Notes under the pieces: generated by a model | The model's database searches: none | What the model was told of the DNA's origin: nothing | Seen by the model: the letters and a program-made list of their open reading frames with translations, nothing else | Made by a program: the position numbers and the translations under genes | In this document: positions 29,755 to 41,557 of the stretch, piece by piece | Layout of the letters: each line of letters opens with the position of its first letter | Position numbering within the stretch: position 1 is the first letter of the stretch | Origin: Lytechinus pictus | Lineage: Eukaryota | Direction of reading: 5' to 3' | Assembly (NCBI RefSeq): GCF_037042905.1 | Contig: NC_087251.1 | Span: 23,872,001-23,936,000, forward strand | Length of the DNA stretch: 64,000 nucleotides

Positions 29755-29931
29755 TGGTTGTGTTGTGGCTTGCCCCTGTAATCCAAGCTATGTGGGGAAG
29801 TTACAAATTGATGCAGAGGTTCGAGCCCTGGTCACATCTGTCGGATGGGTGACATTAAAGGTCAGTCCCAGACGTAAATAATCATATCTGATTGATACAA
29901 CTCTGACAAAACTCAAATACACACACACACA
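29755..29931 (+). mobile_element. SINE with 7SL-like head, B box, Deu/Nin-like body and (CA)n tail
   Basis: GTGGCTTGCCCCTGTAATCCAAGCTA; GGTTCGAGCC; TCGGATGGGTGACATTAAAGGTCAGTCCC; ACACACACAC. Confidence 0.6.
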
Positions 29932-30627
29932 TATCCTTCCCAATTCTGTTGGGCACCCGTCTCCATGTACGTAAGTCAGCATTTCACAAAATCGCCAGTG
30001 TCCAATCATCCCATTGTACTGTCTTAAAGTACTTATGAATCATATTCCTAAAAATTCTTACAAACCTTTCATTTTAAGTTCTGACTCCCCATTACACTAT
30101 AATTTCAAGTTCATTTTGATTCCAGATTCTCAGTTCGAGCATTTACTTGTCTGCTCATGGTAAGATAATGCATGCATGATATCTATTTTAAATTAGTCGA
30201 TTTCATGAATGAAAATCAGGTTTACACTATTTCATTCTATTTCTTCTTTTGTCCCTACATTAAAATAATTATTGTCATCTTTGGTCAGAGACAAGATCGA
30301 AATGGAAGAAAACAAAAACTAAGGACAGGATCAATAACATCTTTAGTATGAACATAGAATTATAAATCATAATTTAAATCCAATTATCATTGATATAATT
30401 TGAATCAAGATGTTCATTCATTCATGGATATATTTAACGTTAATCAGCTTTTATTATTGTTACATCACGATCAAATGCACTGCACTGTGCTCTTTCAAGT
30501 CTGAACAGATTGTATCAAAAAATGAAATTAGATTTTTGTTGCGATTAATTCCAAAACAATGTCATTAATCCGTAGAAACTTTCAAAAAAAATCCTTAACA
30601 TTAAAGTTATAACTTAAAGAAGTCTAT

Positions 30628-31062
30628 CAGGGTGCTACATAAGCACTTGCCCAATTGCCCAGGGCAAGTAAAAGTTAGAGTCGGGCAATTGTTTTGAAGT
30701 AAAGACCAAAACTACTTGCCCAAATTGGGCAAGCAAAATTCTCACAGTAGAATGACCAAAATGAGGGTCGATAAAATATATTGACCCTAATTTTTGTCAT
30801 GGCAGGCAAGATAAAATCACTTTGGAAAAAGAAATGCAATAACAAAGTAGATCAGTTCATGTCAAAAGAGAGAATAAGGTCAATTGGTTTATAAAACAGC
30901 AAAACTTTCTTTTGGAGAGGTAAAAAGAGGTTAAAAAAATCATTTTCAATGATTTTTGGGGCAAGTGAAATAGATTTTTGGGCAAGTATAAAAATTTCCA
31001 CCTATTAAAAAATTTACTTGCCCGACTGGGCAAGTGCTTCTAAAAAGTTATGTAGCATCCTG
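30628..31062. mobile_element. Non-autonomous DNA transposon with CAGGG ends and 7-bp TSD (hAT- or P-like)
   Basis: CAGGGTGCTACATAA / TTATGTAGCATCCTG; TSD AGTCTAT; many CTTGCCC/GGGCAAG subterminal motifs. Confidence 0.85.
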
Positions 31063-31099
31063 AGTCTATCTATTTCTTCTCGGAAGTTTGCAAATGATA

Positions 31100-31587
31100 T
31101 GGTAGTGGAGATTTACCAAACACTTTCATGAATTCAGTCATATCAAACAAATTATTATTCTCATAAAATTCATCAAACTTTCACCATAAATACGCAAATA
31201 CCTACAAAACATAAATATGTAAAAACTTTGCCAAATTTGTTTTACTTTTTATGATATCAGATTCAAATCAAACCCCACTTTGTAATTACCTCTTTGCATA
31301 GTGTGCTATATTTTGGTCACTTGAAAAGGTATCATATTTTTGAATGTGTGTTTCATATTGGAAAAGTTGAGAAAACAAAATCACTCATGAGTTATTTTTA
31401 CAATATTTTATTATTTTGAGAATATAAAGACTTTGAAAAAGTGTTTTTGACCATTTTTCATCATCTTTCTATTCAAGTTCCCTTTAGAAGGATGTTGCAA
31501 AGTTTTGTACGTATGAAAATATTTTCTGACGCGTATGATGTGCACGTTCGGTAATACAAGGCCGGTCGGTAATACAATCACTCACAA
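31100..31587. mobile_element. TA-flanked MITE, family C
   Basis: TGGTAGTG...TTACC(G/A)AAC / GTTCGGTAATAC...AATCACTCAC ends; second copy at 58290-58724. Confidence 0.75.
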
Positions 31588-31591
31588 TATA

Positions 31592-31979
31592 AAGGTGGGT
31601 CCCCCATGTCTGCGCACCTAACGTTATAAGTTAAGATTTAACATGAATTTCTTTTGATTTCACAAAATCTCACAATTGATAATGTTTCCTATATTCTTAT
31701 GAGTAAATGTGCCAAAAATCTTTTTTTTAATTTAGAGAAATAGACTCTAGGTCTAGATGTATATGATATTCTTGGAAAAACCCTTGGCCAGTCATTTTCA
31801 GATTGAACAAACAATGGTGCCCCACATCTGCGCACACATTCACTTTGCACACGATTCTGGGATTTTGATGAGAAAGGCTGCACTTTGAGGCCGTCACATG
31901 AAATGCCCAAAATTCATTGTTTTAAGTTTGTGCTTGTTACGTATACTACGCGTGTGCGCAGACTTAGGGGACCTTACCA
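31592..31979. mobile_element. TA-flanked MITE, family D
   Basis: GGTCCCCCATGTCTGCGCAC / GTGCGCAGACTTAGGGGACC TIRs; copies at 33304-33738 and 56539-57576. Confidence 0.8.
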
Positions 31980-31986
31980 TACATTC

Positions 31987-33033
31987 CAGGGTAGGAATTA
32001 ATTTTTTTTTAGGGGCTACTTTTTTTTTACATTGGGGCTACCACTGAATATCTTGGGGCTATTTTCTAATTCATGGGGCTACTTTTTTTATCGCATATCA
32101 GCAATTACCTTTTGACATTCCGAGACTCACTGTGATGCCTAAAAGCTCAGAACATTTTTAACTGTAATTACTGTAGGCTACAGGCCTTACAATAAACAGT
32201 GATCCCACCAGAGCAGTGGCGTACCTAGGATTTTTCACAGGGGGGGCAAATTCGTCCGCCCAAAAATGTGACAAGCAAAAAAAAAAAAAAAAAAAAAAAA
32301 AAGTGCATGGGTTGTGACTAGTCAGGGGGGCAGACTGCCCCCCCCCCCCCCCCCCCCGTAGGTACACTAGTGCACCAGAGTCGCCTTCAGCTTCACACAC
32401 TTCAGATTCTGTTTCTTTTTTGGCTTATCCTTCTCGACAGTATCTCGATTTGGAGAGGCTTCTGGCCGTTTGGCAGAGCCAGGTTGAACTCGAATTAGAA
32501 ACTTATCCATCTCGCACTCCGACTCGACAATGTCGATATAAATCAGCGCTGTCACAATCACCAGCTGATCGCATACAATTCTGTGCATGTCTAGTACACA
32601 TAATATACCGTATGATGCACGTGGTCTCGTTACCAGCTGTGCAGTCTAATCGTGCACGCGTACATGTACATAAGCCATGCGGCAAGTGCGTCAACAATTC
32701 TAAAAACCCCGTGCTAAAGACTTTGCGTACTCCGCATCCCATATTGCATTGCGCGTTTATTTACAATCGCGAAGCTTCTGGTGTTACAGAAGGTTCGGAT
32801 ATTGCATCGACCGTTCAACTTAAAGCTGGCAAGGGCAATATAAAAGATGCGCTTGCTCCGCCGCCGGAGAACGTAATTATGTGAAGTATTTTTTACATTG
32901 TCGATGGTATTTTATTGGGGCGATTCTGAAATAAATAGTCGCCCCAAAGCATTGGGTTTTGAGAATTTTTAGGGGCGATTTGTGCTGTCATGGGGGCAAA
33001 ATCGCCCGTCGCCCCCGTGTAATTCCGACCCTG
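31987..33033 (-). mobile_element. hAT internal-deletion derivative
   Basis: TIRs CAGGGTAGGAATTA / TAATTCCGACCCTG (13/14); 8-bp TSD ATACATTC; GGGGCTA/GGGGCGA subterminal motifs; short ORF remnant MDKFLIRVQPGSAKRPEAS. Confidence 0.88.
32214..32372. mobile_element. Small hAT MITE nested in the element above
   Basis: CAGTGGCGTACCTA / TAGGTACACTAGTG ends; 8-bp TSD CACCAGAG. Confidence 0.85.
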
Positions 33034-33303
33034 ATACATTCCAACGCCTCCTCAGCTCAATTCAATTAACGTTAGACCTCATTCTCATTCACAATCACAC
33101 AATCAGTCAAAAAATATTGCTGCAGCTCAAATTTTACACTATTTTCTGCACTAAGACTGCAGTGCAGATGTATGTTGGATGTCATATTAATTTTGAAGAG
33201 AAATTTGTATATGATTTTTATCAATTTCATGTGTTCTGTAATTAACAGATCTAACGTTAGAGATACACTTTTACAGCAGGGCAACTCCATCAAATATGTT
33301 TGA

Positions 33304-33738
33304 TGGTGGTCCCCAAGTCTGCGCACCTAACGATTTGAGTTAAGATTTAACATGAATTATCGGTACTTTTTATTTCACAAAATCTTTCAGTTGATAATGT
33401 TCCTTATATTATTATGAGAAAGTGTAATATCTCATAAAAATTTGAAATATATGATCTCCTTGGAAAAAGCCTTGGGCAGTCATTTTTAGATTGAACCAAA
33501 AAATGGTACCCCATGTCTGCGCACCCATTCACTTTGCACGCAAAGGCTGCATTTTGAGGCCTTCATATGAAATGCCCAAATTCATTATTTTTCCACCAAT
33601 TTGTGTCGGATTTTTTAATATCTTTCTATGTATAGCATGTGTAAAGTCTGTGGTCGTCGCGTATCTTCTTTTAGTCGAATCGGGCAGATATGCGTATGCG
33701 CAGACAAGGGGGACTGCGCAGACTTGGGGAACTTGCCA
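33304..33738. mobile_element. TA-flanked MITE, family D (copy 2)
   Basis: TGGTGGTCCCCAAGTCTGCGCA ... TGCGCAGACTTGGGGAAC. Confidence 0.8.
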
Positions 33739-33992
33739 TATACCGGTATGTCCGACCCCCTAGGCCTAGACTCTATGGCCCAAATTCACAAAGGAGGTTT
33801 TGAAAACCCACGGTTGAGTCCATGGTTTATGCAGATTTCCTGTATAAATTACGCTTAATTTAGCGCGTATCTGGCGCATGTATTAAAAACGTCCAATTCT
33901 GATGCGCACTTTTGTCACAGTGCGCCAAATTGACGCACCCTGTTACCATGGTTAGATACGCTATTTTATTCATGAGTCTACTGTTTGAAGAG

Positions 33993-34864
33993 CAGAGAGC
34001 AATACCTAGTTGTTGTGTGTCCGGACGATCAATTTTAGAAAGTCATTTGGAAAAATTTACAAGCGAAGTTTCATCAATTTTTAGTACAAAATATTAGGAA
34101 ATATTATAGAGAACAAAATAGAAGATGATTACTTCCATTGAATTCATATTTTTAGTGTAATCCTAAGACAAAAAGAAGGCTTCAAAAATATAAAGTGTCC
34201 GGACACCCGACCCCCCATCCTACCAAGTCTCACACATTGTGCGTGAGACTTACGCATCCAGGGTCCGTCTCACGATCTCACGCATGGCACCCATTTTTCT
34301 CACGCATCGGGACCCGACAGAAAAAAAGTAGCATCATTCGCTAGATTATATGCACTGGCCGACCGCCTTCGCACGCCGTCGCGTCTACCCCGGCACGTGA
34401 GACGAATCGAGACTGGGTATACGTGATACAATGAATCGCGTGCGTGCATCACATTGTTTTGTTTTGTAGTATGGATCAATATCATGATGAAGCCCATATC
34501 TCGCGCGAAACGTACAAGTGTAAGCTTGAGTGTAAGTAGGATGGGGGGTCGGGTGTCCAGATCGACACTTTACATTTTTGAATTGAAGCCTTCTTTTTTG
34601 TCTTTGGATTACACTAAAAATATGAATTCAATAGACAATAGTTGTAATCATTTTCTATTTTGTTCTTTATAATATTTCCGAACATTTTGTATTAAAATTG
34701 ATGAAACTTCGCTTGTAAATTTTTCCAAAGGACATTTTAAAATTGATCGTCCGGACCGCAACCTGTCCGGACACACAACTACTGGGTATACTGGCCACGC
34801 ACGCGCAGAGACGCCGAGTCATGAAAATCTCACGCATAACATTTTTTTTAACTTGGCATCTCTG
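33993..34864. mobile_element. CAGAG-TGCCAA element with 6-bp TSD, carrying two inverted copies of family E (~34001-34223 and 34536-34791)
   Basis: GAAGAG on both sides; right end TTGGCATCTCTG; left TIR split by an insertion (CAGAGAGC|...|CAAG). Confidence 0.75.
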
Positions 34865-34906
34865 GAAGAGTGGACTCATGAATAAAAACCATGGCTTGTT
34901 CAGTTT

Positions 34907-35354
34907 TAGACAGCTGGCAGCCGTCTGTTTCGAGGAGTTTTTTAACATTTTTTTTTTTTTTAAATTTCTCCTCATACACAGACGGCTCGCTAGCGTGCAG
35001 CCACCATTAGGGGACTTGCAATGCAAAATCCCCCCGTCGGGGCTCTTCAATTTTTGTCTTTAATGAGTAAAAATTTTGAAAATTCACGCGACCAAAATGC
35101 AAATTAATATTCCCTCTTGGCATCAATTGCCAAAAAACGGAGAAAAATCAAGTTAAAAGGAACAAAAACAGTGACTTACCTCGGCTGTCGCGCAAATTCA
35201 CTTCCCCGTTTTATCCGATCTTAAGTACATAAACATATGGCCATTGAGTCCCCTGTACAGATCGCGCTAGAACTTCGGTCTCTGTATTTGGTGAGTGAAG
35301 CCAACGGAGTTCAGCTGAACAACCAACATAACAGAGACCGAAGCTTTTGGTCTA
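34907..35354. mobile_element. Element with TAGAC...GTCTA ends and 9-bp TSD (Mutator-like)
   Basis: GTTCAGTTT at 34898-34906 and 35355-35363; internal hairpin CTTCGGTCTCTGT / ACAGAGACCGAAG. Confidence 0.7.
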
Positions 35355-35627
35355 GTTCAGTTTATGAAGTGAAGTAAGACTTGAGAAAAATGGGGGTCGG
35401 ACGTATAAAAAGGTTGATTATTTTATGGAATAGCCCAGCAGATCAACTTAACTTAGATCTAACTTTGTTACATGGGCAATGTGCACGTCCACTGCTGCAC
35501 AGCATACAGCCAGGCACAGTTATCATTATTACGTTCATTAAAATATCTGCCCATCCATGCCATCCGCTTTCGCAGCAGCAGTATTTGCAAATAATTTGGC
35601 GAAATTGTTTGAATATATAACACTTAC

Positions 35628-35830
35628 TTTCTTGATTGTTGTACTTCATAGATTCGTCAGGCATGGTGGTAAAAATGATGAAATAAAGAAAGATATTTCA
35701 CATTTTGTGGTCACAACAAGATCGACATCTGTCTTCAATTCCCCAATATTGCCAACGTAGTTGCGCCGGTACCGTATGTATACGTACTGTAATCTGTATC
35801 TAGCTCGTCGTCGCGTCGTGAATTACATTA
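35628..35830 (-). promoter_or_regulatory. Candidate KLC promoter and first exon
   Basis: Non-repetitive CpG-rich patch at 35750-35830; consensus donor A|GTAAGT at 35627; lies between the eIF5 3' end and the KLC coding exons. Confidence 0.35.
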
Positions 35831-36814
35831 CGAATGGGTGTGTGCATTGCCAAATTTTCGTCAAAAGAGGTTGCTGTGAACAATTGAATGGCCATCAAGA
35901 TGTGAGTTTCATTTTATTTTTGGATTATTGAAAATAGGGAAAAAACACTAAAATGAAAACTCATATCCAAAACACCAAACAATTTACTTAAACAATTGCC
36001 ATTTTTAAGGAAGTAAGGTAAATTTTGCCAACACAACATCAAGCAGTAGCAACAAATCAAATACCAAGTACCCATATATTATTACCATTCATCTCTTTCC
36101 TTTTGTTTCCAATTCTAGTACCCGGCTCTCCTTTTTGATGATTTTTTTTTTAAGTAATTAGTAATTGTTCATAATTCAAATCAAGAAATCAAATACCAAC
36201 CAAACTATTACCATTTATCTCTTTCCTTTTGCTTCCAATATCTCTCCGTTTAAAAAAAATAGTAATTATTGTTCATATCATTCAATCAACAAAATAACTT
36301 GCCATTTCTGTCTGGTGTCCCTTCATTCAGGGAATAATTCACTGTCTAACTTGAATCTAATTATTTTTCTCTGGTATCTGGAAAATTGTTACAACTAGGG
36401 TTATTATAACATATGGTAGTAATAAATCTGTAAGTGCTTAGATATGCACAATGTATGTCTTAAGTGTATTATAATTAACAAGATTATCATTATTATTATT
36501 ATTTGACTAACAGAAAGCAAACTTCTGCATTTTGAATTAATTGATGATCAACAATTTTTTTTTAAGTTTGTAAATTCAGGGTAACATATTATGGGCGTTT
36601 TTTAGACCAATATTATTGCTACATCAGTAACTAAAATACACCATCATTGTCTTCATAATCATCCAGGGGTGGATGTCCAAAGAAGGCCTTATAGTTCCCC
36701 CCCCCCTTTTTTGGGGGGGTTGTTTTTTGTTGCTGGTCACCATTGGGAGATGGCAGTTGCTTTTATGTTGGTGACCTTGGTGTCTTTTTATCATATTACC
36801 ACCACCACCACCAC

Positions 36815-37574
36815 TACCACCATCCTGAAGATCACCATCACCAGAGACCATTACCACCACCCTGAAGATCACCATCACCGGAGACCATTACCACCACCCT
36901 GAAGATCACCATCACCGGAGATCATTACTACCATCCTGAAGATCACCATCACCAGAGACCATTACCACCATCCTGAAGATCACCATCATCAGAGACCATT
37001 ACCACCATCCTGAAGATCACCATCACCAGAGACCATTACCACCATACTGAAGATCACCATCACCAGAGACCATTACCACCATCCTGAAGATCACCATCAC
37101 CAGAGACCATTACCGCCACCCTGAAGATCACCATCACCGGAGACCATTACCACCATACTGAAGATCACCATCACCAGAGACCATTACCACCATCCTGACG
37201 ATCACCATCACCAGAGACCATTACCAACATACTGAAGATCACCATCACCAGAGACCCATTACCACCACCCTGAAGATCACCATCACCGGAGACCATTACC
37301 ACCACCCTGAAGATCACCATCACCAAAGACCATTACCACCATCCTGAAGATCACCATCACCAGAGACCATTACCACCATCCTGACGATCACCATCACCAG
37401 AGACCATTACCAACATACTGAAGATCACCATCACCAGAGACCCATTACCACCACCCTGAAGATCACCATCACCGGAGACCATTACCACCACCCTGAAGAT
37501 CACCATCACCAAAGACCATTACCACCATCCTGAAGATCACCATCACCAAAGACCATTACCACCATCCTGAAGAT
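36815..37574. repeat. 37-bp minisatellite, left arm (~20 units)
   Basis: Unit CACCATCCTGAAGATCACCATCACCAGAGACCATTAC. Confidence 0.97.
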
Positions 37575-37931
37575 TTTATTTTTTTATTTATTGATATATT
37601 CATATTCCACAATCATCAAAGTACATTTATAATAAATCATTTTAACACTGAAAAAAAATGCATAACACACAGGATTGAAACGTAGCAATGAAATGAAAAA
37701 AGTGGAGGGGCCTACTAAAAAGCAAAGCTTGTAAAATGTAGACCCCCTATCAAAATTTTATACAAGGGTAATATGATATAAGTAGAGTAAAATAATCAGC
37801 AAAATTCTATAAAATTATATATAAACACTGTAACACAAATGTATTTACACTAAATACAAAATTAAATATTGACTTTAAAATAATCAATACTACCGTGGGT
37901 AAGTATGAGGTTCACAAAATATTTGATTGAA

Positions 37932-40900
37932 TCAATAAGAATTCAGAATAAATTTTTTGATGAGTAATTTAAATCGGTTTAGATTAGCTGCCTCTTTTAT
38001 TACTCTGTCCAGAGAATTCCAGAGTTTTGGTCCTGTGAAAAATACAGTTTTGCTAGAAAATACTGTTCTACTTTTGGGTAAGTGATAGTCATTTGAATGT
38101 CTCGTATTATATGAATGTAAAGTATTGTTTTTCATAAATTTCTTTTGTAGGACATTAGGTACACTATTTCTATCTAGCTGATACATGAATTGGAATAGTT
38201 GCAAGCGGTACAGGTCATTGACTTTAAGGATACGTTTATGACGAAACAATTCATCTGTATGAGCTCTAAAGGACATATTGCATATTATTCTCAGTACTTT
38301 TTTCTGAAGTAGCAAGACTTTATTGAGTCTCGTTTGAGAGGCATTACCCCATGCCAGAATTCCATAATTAAGATATGGTAGAATTAATGCACAATACAAC
38401 ATGGATAGCGCCTGTGCTGGAAGAGCGTTTTTAAGCTTATTGATGACTCCAATATTTCTTGCCACAGTTTTGCAAATATTGTTGATATGACCATTCCACG
38501 TAAGCTTGTGATCATAGTAAGACCTAAGAATTTGTTGTTTGCACTTCTTTGATTTCAGTATTATCTAAAAGTATTTGATGCGGTAGATGTTTCAATGAAT
38601 GACTAAAAAGCATATAATTAGTTTTTTGCAGATTCAATGACAGTTTGTTGGCTTTAATCCAGTTTGTTACTTTTTTAAATTCTGCATTCATAGTGCTCAC
38701 AAGTACATGTGGATCATGATGTGTAAAGAAAATATTGGAATCATCAGCAAAGAGAATAAATGAGAGAACATGAGATGAATTTTTCATATCATTAACATAA
38801 AGTACAAATAGCAAAGGGCCAAGAATACTACCTTGTGGAATTCCACAGGAAACTGGCCTTGTTGGAGATTCTGATTCATTTACTGTAACAAACTGAATTC
38901 TATCAGTAAGATAACTCCTAAACCATTGTAAAGCTGTCCCTCTGATACCGTAATTTGATAGCTTACATAATAGTATTTCATGATCTATTGTATCAAACGC
39001 TTTTGAGAAGTCGAGGAATAACCCTACAGTGTGATCAGAATCGTCAAAAGAAGTAGATATTTTATTTATTAATGTCAATATAGCATGAGTTGTATTATGT
39101 TTTTCTCTAAAACCGAATTGATTATCACATATAATACTATATTTCTTAAGGAAAGCAACTGTCCTTTTATAAATTATCCTTTCAAGAATTTTTGAGAACG
39201 AAGTTAACAAAGATATTGGGCGGTAATTACTAGTAATTAATTGGTCTCCCTTCTTGAAAATGGGTATAACTTTAGCTATTTTCATCTTCTTTGGGACCTG
39301 GCCAAGCTGCAACGATAAATTAAATATATGAAGCAGAGGATCAGCAAGAGAATGTATAATGTTTTTCACAACTCTATTTGTAATGCCATCATAACCGGGA
39401 GTCTTTTCTGCTTTCAAATTAAATACAATCTCAAGTAATTCTTCTCTATGAACTGGAGTAAGAAATATTGAACTTTCATTTTGTTTATCCAAAAAGTCCT
39501 TAAACGAATTTTCTACAGGCATAATATTTCCAGCTAACTTTGGTCCAATTTGAGAGAAATATGTATTAAATTCATTTGCTATAGAATGAGTATCTTCAAC
39601 CATATTTCCATCTACACATAATTTATGAACAGCACTAGATTTGTTAATTTTGTTTAGGGCCCCATTTATTGTTTTCCATGTATTTTTAAGGTCGTTTTTA
39701 TATGAATTTAATTTTTCTGTATAAAACCTCTTTTTTGCTATTCGGAGAGTAGTTGTTAAGGTATTTTTATAAGACGTGTATCTATTCCTTGAAATATCAT
39801 TTGGATTTGATATATAAGAAACATACATATTATTTTTCCGATTTATAGACCTTAATATCAATTTTGAAACCCATGGGAGCTTTGGAACACGTTTATAATC
39901 GTAATTTCGATATTTCTTTAAAGGAACACAAGAATCTAAGCAGTCATTGAAAGATTTCAAAAATATGTCAAATGAGTCATCGACATTCACATTCGAGTTA
40001 TAAACGTCAGACCAATCAACAGAGCTTAAATCTTCTTGAAGGCGTTCAATATTTTTATCACTAAAGTTGCGACAGATCCTATATTTCTTTTCCATTTTTG
40101 CGAGTGATTGCATTGTTTGGATATGGGTAAAAATAAGAAAATGATCGGATATGTCTGTCGTTACAATGCCAGCTTTCGGAAGAGGATGAGAGTTACAGAA
40201 TATATTATCTATAAGCGTAGCAGAATGATCAGTAATACGGGTTGGTCTAGAAATAATAGGCAAAAAAATAGAAGATAACATTAATTCAAGGAAATCATTT
40301 GTTAAAGAGTGATTACTGGTCAAGAGATTAATATTGAAATCACCAGTGATGATACAATTGTTATTTATCAATTCTCCGTTTTGCAAAAGTTCATTAGTAG
40401 CAAGTAAAAAATCTTCTAGACAAGAAGTTTGAGGAGGTCTGTAGATGACACCTATTAGAGTTTTCTTATCTTTTTGAATTTTTACTTCTACAAATAAGGA
40501 TTCGATGATTTCATTCATATATTCAAATTCATGTCTAATTGCATAATCAAATGAAGACGGAATATATAATGCTAGTCCACCTCCAATTTTATTTTTCCTA
40601 TTGTTTATAACAATATCATAATTCGGGAGGGTGCATAAGGAATTCGGGGTTTCCGTGAACCAAGTTTCAGTAAGAGCAATAATTGGGGGATTGGCAAACT
40701 GTGTATTTTCTAATAATAATCGTAATTTCTCGAAGTTTTGGTTAGCGCTTCTTATATTCAAATGCAAAATAAAAACATCATCTTCTCCAATCAATTTAGC
40801 ATAGTCTTTGAATGAATTTTCTGTATAATATGGAGAAGAGGAAAGATTGTATGCTTTATCATGAATATCGAATTCAACTTGAAGTTCATCAAAATTATTT

Positions 40901-41037
40901 GTAAGGATATCAGTAGAAAATCTATCAAATGGAGTATGATGATTTGAGATAACATTGCTTTTATCTTGATGATTTAGTAATAAGAAATCATCATTATTCA
41001 GATGATAAAAGGGGAAATCACGCATATTATCCACCAT
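37932..41037 (-). pseudogene. LINE ORF2 (APE endonuclease + reverse transcriptase), frameshifted near 38510-38535
   Basis: HLNIRS, LTETW, GVIYRPP, GDFNINL, ISDH endonuclease motifs; NYRPISLL, QFGFR, DFSKAFD, GIPQGSILGPLLF, FADD RT motifs; the ORF continues in 38465-37932. Confidence 0.93.
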
Positions 41038-41418
41038 TATGAAATATAATATATTGCCATTTTAAAACAAAATCTTTGTAAGCTAAGCATATAAAGCATT
41101 TTTTAGATTTGATACCATCATGACCCAAAATTCGAGTTCGGAAAATACTACAGTTGTAATAGTTAACAAAATAAAGATTATCTAATACAATTATTAACGG
41201 GCGATGAAGAATATTTGCGCACAAAAATAAGTAAAATTACCTCCATAAAATGTCTGGTATTGAAACATTATTGAAAGGGCAGTGAAGGAATGCAAAATAT
41301 ACCACGGAAAATAACACAGATATTGAACAATGCGAAAAATTTTGGGACGAGAATTTCATAATAAATGAAAAGAATACTGGAAAATCGAATAACATGGAAT
41401 GGATGAAGGATAGTCCTA

Positions 41419-41557
41419 CTACAGTTTGGAAAAGTCCTCTCTGGAATGAATGATGATGGGTTGACACTTCTCATCCTTCCTTACATAGATTCGGCCATTC
41501 TGGGTCCACAAGAACTTGTATCCGGCATCTCGGCGGGCCTTGTTGAGATCTTTCATT
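41419..41557 (-). pseudogene. LINE ORF1 C-terminal remnant
   Basis: MKDLNKARRDAGYKFLWTQNGRIYVRKDEKCQPIIIHSREDFSKL, the typical yk.vWt.nG.i.vRk tail of CR1-group ORF1. Confidence 0.8.

Larger units (their letters stand above)
37575..41557 (-). mobile_element. 5'-truncated non-LTR retrotransposon, CR1 group (Crack/Daphne/Zenon-like)
   Basis: ORF1 C-terminus, APE+RT ORF2, 3' UTR and A-rich tail at 37575-37595; flanked by a possible 4-bp AGAT duplication within the minisatellite. Confidence 0.93.

Noticed and set aside
35170..35180. Consensus donor GAG|GTAAGT as KLC exon 1
   Set aside because: Lies inside the 9-bp-TSD element 34907-35354, so probably element-derived
36815..37574. 37-bp repeat array as a CRISPR locus
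   Set aside because: Units are head-to-tail with no unique spacers, there are no cas genes, and the context is eukaryotic
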